A DNA stretch of 64,000 nt from Amoebophrya sp. A120. Lineage: Eukaryota; Protista; Dinoflagellata. Below are positions 50,643 to 61,800 of the stretch, one piece after another. How positions within the stretch are numbered: the stretch's first letter is position 1; each line of letters starts with the position of its first letter. The stretch covers positions 6,640,933 through 6,704,932 of the forward strand of contig CAJINV010000004.1 of assembly GCA_905178155.1 (NCBI GenBank), written 5' to 3'. A program made the translations under genes and the position numbers. The notes beneath the pieces were generated by a model. It saw nothing but the letters and a program-made list of their open reading frames with translations. It did not search any database and had not been told where the DNA came from.

Positions 50643-51743
50643 ATGGCCGCCGTCGCCCGGCTTTCGGAGAAGGTGCTCGGCGTGGGACAGTACCAGCCAC
50701 CCACCGAGCCCTCTGTGAATGCGCTGTACACGAAGCAGTCCAACCTGGCCTACGGCACCACCCGGTGCGAGGTGCAGACCGGCGTGTTTCCGTACCCAAG
50801 AAGGGAACTGGAGCGCAAGAACTACAACGACCCTGAGCACTTCTCGCAGCACAAACTCGACGTCAGCGAGAACAGCGTGGGCGTGGACTTCCCGGGCGTG
50901 AAGCGGGAGCAGTTTTTCATCCTGAAAAACGCCTCCAACGAAAACGACGAGAACAATTTACGGAAGTGCTACCGGCTGCCGCCCGCGCCCCTGCCCCGCA
51001 AGGACATCGTGTACGACGACCCGGGGTTCCCCTCCATCTTCGACGAAATCGATTTCACGAACAGCGACCGACCCGCCTCGGTCCCCGACCACAAGCGGTC
51101 CGACCGCTTTCGGTTCCGCCGCGATATCTTCAACTTCGAGGAGCGCGCGCTCACCGCCACCGGCATGATGCGCGCCAAGGAGCTGCGCGCCGCGGAAAAG
51201 CACCACGCTGCGACCACGTCGAGCATCTTGTCGCGGCCGGTAGAGCAGGTTTTGGAGGAAACCAGGTCGGCGCGGGACGCGCGCCTGAAGAACCTAGAAA
51301 ACCCCGACTTCGTGCGGAACCGCGAGCGGGCGAGGAAGCTCGCGGAATCCCCGAAATCCGTGAAGGGCGACCAGGAGTTCGTGGCGCGCACCTACACCCG
51401 GAAGGACGGGCAGGAGCCGCTTTTTTTCAGCAAGAAGCACCCGACCGGGATCCGGTACCTGCCCGAGCCGCCGCCCGCGATTTCCAGGTACCGCATTTGC
51501 CCGCCGCACCTGATGGCGCGGTTCGACCAGTACGACGCGATGTCGAAGGAGAAAAAGGAGGGGGTGTGGCAGAAGCGACAGCAGAAGGACGACGTGTTTG
51601 CGCGCACCATCATGGGCGCGTCCACCCGGACCGCGATGGAGCGGCGCCTGCTGCGGAGCCGGGAAAGGGCGAGCGGGGCGCTGAAGGAAAAGAGAAAAAC
51701 GCGGGTCTACGCCAGTTTGAGCAAAAGTCTAAACGACGCGTAG
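50643..51743 (+). CDS. Hypothetical protein (366 aa), intronless
   Basis: Uninterrupted ATG-TAG ORF with strong GC3 bias between AT-richer flanks; no family recognised. Confidence 0.75.
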   Translation: MAAVARLSEKVLGVGQYQPPTEPSVNALYTKQSNLAYGTTRCEVQTGVFPYPRRELERKNYNDPEHFSQHKLDVSENSVGVDFPGVKREQFFILKNASNENDENNLRKCYRLPPAPLPRKDIVYDDPGFPSIFDEIDFTNSDRPASVPDHKRSDRFRFRRDIFNFEERALTATGMMRAKELRAAEKHHAATTSSILSRPVEQVLEETRSARDARLKNLENPDFVRNRERARKLAESPKSVKGDQEFVARTYTRKDGQEPLFFSKKHPTGIRYLPEPPPAISRYRICPPHLMARFDQYDAMSKEKKEGVWQKRQQKDDVFARTIMGASTRTAMERRLLRSRERASGALKEKRKTRVYASLSKSLNDA

Positions 51744-52878
51744 ACGAAGAAGTACTTAAGCCGGGGGACGAGGAGGAGGACTCCGTTGAAAAGAATTAGG
51801 GACTCGATTTCTGGAGGACCCCCGAAATTGCGGTACTAAAGAAGGGCAAGAGCGGGGAGCCACTGCGAGACTTCGCACCCTAATAGGCAAGTAAAAACTC
51901 ACTGTCAAATAAGGGAGCGCAGTACTTCCACTTTAGTAAACAGTGCAGCGGCACTTGTAGTCTTACATTACATGGTACATAATTTTTCCATCGTTGCACG
52001 AGGATGAGATGGATCGCAAAATTTTTTCGCACATCACGAAGTCAATTGGGTGAAAGCCAATTTGCTTTCACGGACTGACCACACCGGAGATCATAGCTGG
52101 TTTCTGCCACCGATGTTCTAGATAATTTTTCGCCGTGACTCGTCTTTTACGTGGCTTGTCGTCAGTATTCTAGTCGTAATGCGTGGACGGAGCTTTCGTA
52201 TTCGCTTTCGTTTCGTCTGCATGTAGTGCTGTGATATCAAACAACGGCCACGACCACACAGACGGAGAGGGATGTTGTAGTTGTGCTGCAAGCTGCTACA
52301 AGCGAGAGACAATTTAATTTTCCCTCTGCTCGACACTCGAGGAGGTGGATAGTAGAGTGGACGTGAGAATAGAAAGAAAGGAATTTTTCGTGGTGATTGG
52401 TTCTCGGAGAGGGAGGGGAATAGAACGGAGTGAAAAATAAAATTTGAAAATGTTCGACGTTGTTTTGTTAGTCTTGCTTCAAAAGAGGCGAGGACGCAGT
52501 AAGGCAATTATACTTACATCGTTTACAAGTTCTTTTCGTATTTAATTTGAAAATCAAGATCACAACAGTGGAAGGACTGATTGTCGTCGTCTGTCCATCT
52601 CCACGCATAGTAGTTCTTCTTATTCAACAACAGTGACAGATTATGTAAACCCCATGCCGTTCTTATATATTCTTTTTGTCAATCTGACAGGGTCCTCACG
52701 GTCATCATGATGTTGCAGCCTGTTCAGCTAAAAGCAGAAGTCCACCATTGGCAAGAACGCACTTGGCAGTGGCGGGCCTGAGCAGAAACTCTTCCGTCTA
52801 CAAGTACAGTAGATCTCCTCCACGGTCTGAACAAACGGGCTTCATCTGCAATAAATTGCCTGACAGCCGCTCACGACC

Positions 52879-55800
52879 ATGCTGCCCCCGGTCCGGCACC
52901 GCACCCAGATGGGGGACATTTTGTCCTGGGCTGGCGGACGCGCGGAAAGCCCGTCAAACCCTGCCAACTACAACCCCGCGGCTGCGCCACAAATACTAGC
53001 GCCGATGAACCAGAACCAGCCCCAGGTGGTCGGCATGCCGCCCCAGTTCGCGTTCAACCAGAATAACAATAAACCCAGCTACCCGAACAGCTTCTCCAAC
53101 CCCAATCCCAACCGCGATCTGAATCCACAAAACAACCGACTGCAGCAAATTGTACCCGCCACACAAGGTGCTGGAAATGTGCTGAACAACCGGCAGCAGC
53201 TGCAACCAGTTCCACCACCGAACCCGCCGTCCGGTGGAGGAGGGCCAGACAGAGGTCCAGAGCAGAACAGGAATATTAACTACCCGCAAATCCAGCAAAA
53301 CGCGGACTTTCTCGCTAAGCCCTTTTCCGAGGACAACCAGCAACTAAGCCACGACCTCGCCGTGCAGAACACGGGCCTGCAAAACCAGATCTTCTCGCTG
53401 GAGCGGGTGTGCCGCCTGCTGACCGACCGCGTGACGTTCCTGGAAAACAAAGCGAGTAATATCCTGTGCAAAAGTATCGTACTCGTATTGCAAAGATGCA
53501 TTACAAATCCTTTTCTTAAGGTCAGTCCGCATTACAAATTTTATTTCTCATGCTGAGGAAATTTGTAATGCATTTATACGACGAGTGGGTGCGATACTTT
53601 TGCAGTTCATAAGTAACGTCAGCCAGCAACTCGACGAGCGGGCACGGACAGACGCGGAGATCCTTATGCATTGCAAATATGTCTGGGTCTGGAAGATGGC
53701 AACTTGTAATGCTGTCTCAGGATGCTAAAAAAATTTGTATTGCATGACCAGCAGAAGGAGTCCAGTTTGTGCTACGCGGGGAGGGAATTTCTCATGCGGA
53801 ATATGCGTCGGGAAGCCCTCTGCAAATCTGTGATGCTAGAGCATGCATTACAGGCATCATGGGTCATGCACAATATACATGACAAACCTGGCTGCAATCT
53901 TCCAGACCCAGATGACATGTTTGCATTTGATAATCCTGCGCAAGGTGCAACTACAGGTCCGAGACATTCAGGAAGGGCAGAGTGGCTTCGTCAAAGACGT
54001 GGCTGGTATGCTTATTGTAGTATACCGTCACGCATGACAAAACATCTTTTCTATTTTGAAATAACTATAACTTCTCCAAATCGCAACTTTTCTGTTCGCT
54101 AAAATTTCTGTGATGCGTTTTCTAGTTGTTGTAGGTCTACGTGTACTTGTACGCTAGTTTTCGCAAAAATGCCTACTAGAAGTCTACGTTACAACTTACC
54201 AGTTTCGCGCACAACAACATACAAATAAACCCTACAACAGGGAAGCTCACCCAGCACGAAGAGCAGAACGTGCGATCGGAGAGGGACCAGGCTGCTGTGC
54301 GCGAATCTGTCCGGGGGTTACAGAATGACTTTCGCGATTTCGCCGTGCAGTCTGTCTACCGTCAGCGCCAGGAGACAGAACAGTTGATAAAAAACCAATT
54401 CGCAAAACACCAGTTTCAGGTATGATACTTTGATGTAGAGTAGCTCTTGTAGAAGTGCAGTACTAGAAGTACTTACCGCATGCTACTAACTTCGCAGCTG
54501 TAGTTGTCGTCGATCATATTGAGCAATGAAGGCGACCTCGAAGATCATGGTGCTTTTGGCACTTGCGTTGCCGTGGATGATGAGTTGCATCTTTCGAGAT
54601 GATTTCCATGATCGCCAGGATGCTTACCGCGACAGTCGCGTGTTAAGTACGTTCTACGGTTCAATTCCAATTCTATTCCCAGGAAAACGACGCCCGCGCG
54701 GAGCTGAAGCGGCAGCAAGAGGAGCTCGCGGAGGGTATAAGCCGGGTCAACAACACGCTGGAGGATTTGGACACCAATGCGGCTGCGTTTAAGCAAGACG
54801 CCCGGGCTATCAAATGTAAAAATGTCTGGGTCTGGAAACTTGTGATGCTGGGCGCCGTCTCATGAGGAAGCGACAAATGCTGGCTCAGCATGACAAGTTT
54901 CTGAGCTCCTAGGTGTTGCCTATTCTGCATGACAAACTGCGCTTTTGCATCACAGAAAAACGGAGCTCTTGGGTAACGTGCATGACAGATCTAAGAGTCA
55001 TGCCAGACAAGCATGACAAACATGAATTCTTCCAGACCCAGACATTTTTACAATCCATACGGGCGCGGATCGTGAATCTCGAAAACGCGATTCTCTGCAA
55101 GGAAGGCGATGTCGGGGAGTATCAAATGCAAATATATCTGGGTCTGGACAAATGCAACTTGTGATGCTAGCTTTGGATCCTAAAAGAGTCTGTCTTGCAT
55201 GAGCAGCAAGAGGAGACCATTTTTCGCTACGTGGAGAGGGCGTTTCTCATGCGGAATAGGCATGAAGACGCCCTCAAAAAACCTGTGATGCTGGGGCATG
55301 AATCACAGACATCAAGGGTCATGCAAAAAGGGCATGACAAACCTCGCATCCTTCCAGACCCAGACATATTTGCAATGCATAGGGAGAGCGGCGAGCCGAA
55401 ACTCGGCGGCTTCGCCTTCCGAGAACACGTGGAGCAGTTGCGAGTACTTATTTGTTTTCACAACTAGGGTGCTACATGTACATTTTCATATCCGTTGTAC
55501 ATCGTGATCGTGTTCGTGGCCCTCGTCCTCGTCACGTCGTTGGGTTATTTATCTTTGCAGTCAATCTTCATCTTCTTGCCATGTTCTTGGAGTAGACCTT
55601 GGTCTTGCAATGCAGAGCGATAGACCTCCTCATTGGCCTGGATGTGTGTGGTGGCATATCATTTTTCTACATTGAAATGCTTTATCCCTCAACAACTTTC
55701 CTTCTAGGCTCAAGTCGCGCAAATGGCGAAGGACTTCACAGAGAACGTGATCGAGAACGAAAACGAAAAGAAGATTCGCAATGTATCAAATGGAAAAATC

Positions 55801-58800
55801 TTCCCTCCCCATATCAAAACGAAATTTCTGATGCTGGATTTGGATACACAAATCAAATTTGTATTGCAGTAGAGAAATACACGCAGATCCTGAGCCGAGG
55901 TGGGGGCCTTTTGGTGTAGGCGCCTAACATGGCAGACGGCTACCCTGTAGGCCTTACAGCATTACAAATCGCCTGCATGACGTGGCGGACAGCCTGAGCG
56001 TGCCTTCTTGCAAGACAGACCCGATGCGTGGTCACAAATCAGCAACGCAAGTTTTCGGAAGCATACCTTTTCGATATGGGGAGGGGGGATTTTGCCTTAC
56101 GATGCAACGCCGTGATTCGGGAGTACGAAGAGAAAATTGCGAATCTGAACACGGACCTCTCGCAGCAGAAGCAGGAACTGTTAACCCTGTTCGAGTATCA
56201 AATGTAAAAGTGTCCGGGTCTGGAAGATTTTGAGATTTGTCATGCTTGTCTGGAATGACCAAAAAGTTTTTGACGCGTGTCCAAGAAGAGACCCTTTGTT
56301 CTTTTGCCTGTCATGCAAAAACGCAGTTTGTCATGCGAAAAACGCAACACAACGAAGCGCAGATATTTCTCATGCTTGTCTGTGCATGACATCAGAGCAT
56401 TCACTATTCCTAACGCAGCATTACAAGTTTCCAGACCCAGACATTTTTGCAGTTGATATCGAGCAGCGCCAGGAGGTGATGCAGTCGAAGATAGAGATAT
56501 CCTGTGTAAAAACGTCCCCACGACCCCATAGTCAAGTTGGGAAATCTGCAAGACAAATCGACACGCTTTGGCTATTACGCATGACAGGATTTTTGGCCTC
56601 GTAGCCTAGGCCTGTGTGGCTAGTGCAGTAGCGTCACAGATCTAGCTTATTATGCTGATTCAAGCATCACAAATTCCGAATACACACAGCTAGAAAATGC
56701 TTCGCATGGTGCTCCGCATGAGAAACATTTTCAGCATGCCGATTTGCATGACAACTTCTATGGGGTGGAGACTCGTTTTTACATAGGATAAGAGATGGAA
56801 AAGCACGAGATTCTCGCCAAGCAGGCCGAGATGCGAGAGGAGCTGCAAGGCGTGGACAGTCTGAACGCGGTTTCGATTTCGGACATTGAGTTGAAAACCA
56901 TGAACAACTTGGACCTGTTCAAAAAACGGGAGGAGGCCGAGCGAGACGCCTTGCGCCAGGTCGTGGACTCGAAACTGAATCAGGTGAATTTCTTGTGATG
57001 CGGATTGACGGATTTACAAAAGGAAATTGCACACCAGCGACTACTACTTTAACCTAGCTTCAAGTTCAAACCGCATTTCTTAAATCCACCTTGGTATACT
57101 TGCACAAGAAGAGAAGTCATGGGCTTATGCGAAGAAAGTTGAAATATCCACCACAGGTTGTCGGGCAAATCGCGCGAACAGAGACGCTGCGACAAGACGG
57201 GCTGACGGTCTTGTACGAGAAAATAGACGATTTTCAGAACAAGCAGCTCGAGACTGTGAAGGAAATCCGGGGGGAAGTGCACGAGAACATACGCGACGTC
57301 CAGGTAAGATTTTTTGTGGTGATCTGTAATGCCGAACGTGCATGAGGACACTGTATCTGTAATGCCGAACGTGCATCAGGACACTCTTTTTTCCGCGTTG
57401 TACTCGCCGTGCGCATGGCAAAATTAATAATAAATCGATTGCTCACCCCCTTTTTACCTTCCCGCAAAATCAGACTCTGTTCAAGGACGAGATGCGACAC
57501 CGCATGGAGACGGAGCGAAAAATGACGGAGTCCGTGCGGGAAGTAGTGAAGAACCTGTCCCAGTCGCAGGCCACGGCTTTCGAGCAGCTGTCCGACCGGA
57601 TCCGGTATCAAATGCAAAAATGTCTGGGGCTGGAAGGTTCTGAGACTTGTCATGCAGATTTTGCATGACCCAGGATGTCTGTAATGCGCGCCCTCGCATC
57701 ACAGGTTTTTAGAGGGCTTCCTGATGCCTACTCCGCATGACAAACGCCCTCCCCGCGTAGCACAAACTAGACTCCTCCTGCTGGTCATGCAATACAGATT
57801 TTTTTGGAGTCCAGAGTTAGCATCACAAGCTCCAACCTTCCAGACCCAGACACTTTTGCGATTGATATACGGCTGCTGTCCGAGACGCTGGGCGAGTCCC
57901 GCAAGGAGTCTTCCGAGCGCGCGGAGCGCATGTCGCGGTATGTGGACGAGGTCGTCGCGAAGTGGCGGCTGGACTACGGACGCCAGTGCGAGCTCCACGA
58001 TACGCAGATGCTCCAGCTGGAGGCGAAGCTGAAGGACCTGTTCGAAACGGTGGAACGGACGAGAAACATATCAAATACAAATATGTCTGGGTCCTCTGGA
58101 AGACTGCTGGACTTGTCATGCAGGTTTTCCATGACCCATCTCATTTGCAATGGAGGATCTAGCATGACAGATTCCGCGAGATCCCTATCATGCTTATATA
58201 TAATCCTGCACGAGAAACTGCCTCTCCACTTGATCAACAAAAGTGGACAGCATTTATTTTATGGTAATGATGCAACACAGATTTTTGTATGATTCAGATT
58301 TAGCATGACAAGTTGCAGAGTCCCAGTCCCAGACATATTTGCAATGCATAAAACACGCTGGACGACAAGATTACCAGTTCAAAGAACCACGTGCTGGAAA
58401 AGCAGGACCAGGCGTCGAACCACTGGCAGGAGCAGCTACTCGTGCAGTCGAAGCGGTTCGAGGAGCGGCAGTACAAGCAGGAGCAGTACACGAAGCAGGA
58501 ATTCGACCACATGAAGCAGAAAACGGACCGACAGAATATGACCCGCTCAAACGTTACAATCTCAAACGTTACAGTAGAATATGAAAATGTGCAGTGCAAG
58601 AGTGCATGATCTAGCCTACTCCCACAGGATTGCGCATGACAAGTTCTCGAGTCCCAAACCGCACTAGGATCTGCCGAAATTTGTATTGCATGCAGAAAGT
58701 GGAGGAGCGCTGGCGCTCTGCGAGTCTGTCATGCGCGTCATGCAATACAAAATCCAGATTCTATTGTAACGTTTGAGATTGTAACACCTGACCGGGTTAT

Positions 58801-61800
58801 ACAGAACTCCGAGTTCGACGAGGCGATTGCTGGCGTGCATCGGGCCATCCTGGGGCTGTCGAAGGATAAAAGTCTGATCGGGGCGAACATTGTGGTGCCA
58901 CTACCCTTATCCTGCCGTGCAAAAGGCGTGTCGGAATTCTGGTTTGTTGTTGAAAGAGAACTACAGCGTGACAAACGTGTTATTCGTCCACCGACCGGAT
59001 TCGGCATGACAAAATGTTTGTGTGTTGTTTTTGCTCCTCCGCCTAAATAGAACTAGAAGTTGTCGTTCAAAAATGAAAATCGCTACTAGTAGATAACGAT
59101 ACAACTTTTGCAATGATCCATATCCTTCCTGGGACCAGATGGACAGCGCGCGGAGCCGGCAGAGTTCAGAACTGCCTTACGGGCCAAAGAAGGGACTGCA
59201 ACCCGACGCGCAACTACAACACGGAACCGGGGCGGCCACAAGCGGTGGCGGGGCGCAGCCGAGCTTCATCAAGTCAAATTTTCACATTCCAGCGATCGAC
59301 AGCAGTCCGGCCAGCGAAGATCTTCCGGACAAGGAGCGGGGAGGCAGGGGAGAGCAGCAGCAGTTTGGGCAGTTGCTGTACCCCGGTGGTAGTGGAGCAA
59401 GCGGGACGAACAACAACGCAGGCGGCGGCGTATGCATTGCAAAAGTATCGTACTAGTAAGTGAAATTGCATTACAAATTAGCTCAGCACGATCAGAAATG
59501 CAATTTGTCATGCTGATCCAACTTAACAACTGGAATTGTAATGCATAACTGCAATTAGAAGTACGAGTGCGATACTTTTGCACAGGATACAGTGCGTCAA
59601 GTTCAAATGGATTTGGCGGGGGAGACACGTTGCAGCTCTCGAATACCTATCAAATACAAATATGTCTGGCTCTGGAGAAATGCAAAGTTTGTCATGTATG
59701 TTTCGCATGCCCCAGCCCCAGGAGAATGGCTGCTCAGCATGAGAAGCAATCCTCTCTCAGCGTCATCTCCAAAAATGAAAGGTTTTGCTGCTCACGCATG
59801 ACAGATTTTTGTGTAGCTGAAAAAGAGCATCACAAGTTTATTGCACCTTTTCAGACAACATCCAGGGATATTTGCACTGGATCACACATTTGAAAACTTG
59901 GAAATTCCGCGCGACCAACTGTCCCCGTTTGGGACGGGCGGGAAGAACACGCCGCCGGACGAAGAAGCAGCTGGTGCCGGCGAAGGGAGCAGTAACACTG
60001 CCGACGGTGGATTAAGTGGTGGTCCTCCAGCACCTTCAGCACCAGGTGCCGGGAATAATACGAATTCTGGGACAACGAGCGTGGAAGCGGGAGCGAGTAG
60101 TGGCGGGATGCTGACGCAGAAATCCAGCAGCGCAAATCCAGCGTCGCAGAACAAACAACTGCTCTTAGACCAGGACAGCGACCCGAGTTTGACCGACCTG
60201 AGCCACTACTTGCTATCAACTGCAAATATGTCTGGGTCTGGAAAGACTGGAACTTGGAATGCTGTCTTTCGATTCTAAAAAAATCTGCATTGCATGACCA
60301 GCAAGAGAAGTCGAGTGCGTGCTACGCGGAGAGGGTATTTTTCATGCGGAATAGGCATCAGGAAGCCCTCTCAAGATCTGTGATGCTAGGGCATGCATTA
60401 CAGGCGTCGCGGGTCATGCAAAGTATGCATGACAGACCTGGTAACCTTCCAGACCCAGACATGTTTGCATTTCATACCTGCACGACTTCAACAACAAAAA
60501 CGGGGACCCGCAGCCGCAGAAGAAATCCACCATCGCGCAGGAGGCGGGCGTATCAAATGTAAAAATGTCTGAGTCTGGAAGAATGCGCGATTTGTCATGC
60601 AGCTTTTCCATGACCCATGAGGTCTGGAATGCAGGACTTAGCATGACAGTTTCTGTGCAATCTTTCTCATGCCTATCCTGCATGAGAAACTGCCTCCCGA
60701 CTTGGTCAAAACTGGACGGCTTTTGGCAATCATGCAACACAGATTTTTGCATGCTTCAGATTTAGCATGACAAGTTGCATTCTTCCAGACCCAGACATTT
60801 TTACATTTGATAGGGCGCCTTGGACCGGCCGTTGCGGCCCGAGGACGACGGGAATACGCCAAACAACCGCGAGGATTTTTTAGTGGAGAACGGGGACGGC
60901 ATACTGGACAAAAAGGAGGATCCGCAGGAGGGCGCGCACGAGCGCCAGGCGCAGCTTTCCGGGGACGAGAACGTGATATTATTAAACACTGCGCCTGCAG
61001 CTGCATCCTCACAACATCACCCAGAAATAACCGCACCGGATGGTGACCCTTCTGTGGAGAAAAACAACAGTTTGCAGGTCGTCTCGCTGCCGTCTTCTGG
61101 GTCGTCCGGAGATCATGGGAACACCGCCGCGGGGCAGCAATCCACGTCGCAGATCTTGGAGCAATCCGCCGTGACGGAGCAAGATGTTTCGCTTCTGACG
61201 GTGAAGAGCGCAAACTTGCCGGGTTTCGGGCCTTCCTCCCTCGACGGGCCCATTCTGGAGGGCCAGCACGAGAACGCGCAGCCACTGAGCGCGCGGGCAG
61301 ACGAAAATACAGATTCGGTGGTGGTGGCCGAGCCGGTTGATGTAGAAGTTCTTGGGCAGAAGAACCGAATAGAAGACGTCGCGCAGGCGCCGGAAGCAGC
61401 AGATAATCCTGGTCCAGTAACAATACCACAGCCCGGCGGCGCAAGTAGCAGCTCTGTCGTGCCAGTACTAGGCGAAGATGTTGCAGCCACCAAGACGGTC
61501 GAAGTAGAAGCAGGGGAAAGGAGCGATCCCGCTCCAGCTGCATCAGCGTCCTCAGCCGACGCAGTAAGCAAAGCGGAAGCTGCTGTGCCTTCTAGTACGA
61601 TAGCCAACGGTCTGGCTCAACTTCCACATGAACAAGAAGCGGCGACGACGCCGAAGGAAATTATAGCGCGGGAACAACTACCCGGTGAAGTAGTAGATCC
61701 TGCCGCCAAGACACCCCCGGGCGAAACCGCCTCTCCCGATCTGCAGAACAACAGCCTGCAGGCGACGGACAAGATGCTGCAGCCGTTGATGTCACCCACG

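Noticed and set aside
2023-60812. Recurring peptides in the ORF track (KMSGSGR, FQTQTFLHLI, QKCLGLE, LPDPDIF) suggesting a repeated protein domain or transposase
   Set aside because: They are translations of the family A TIR in different frames and strands; the ORFs are short and not conserved in frame between copies.
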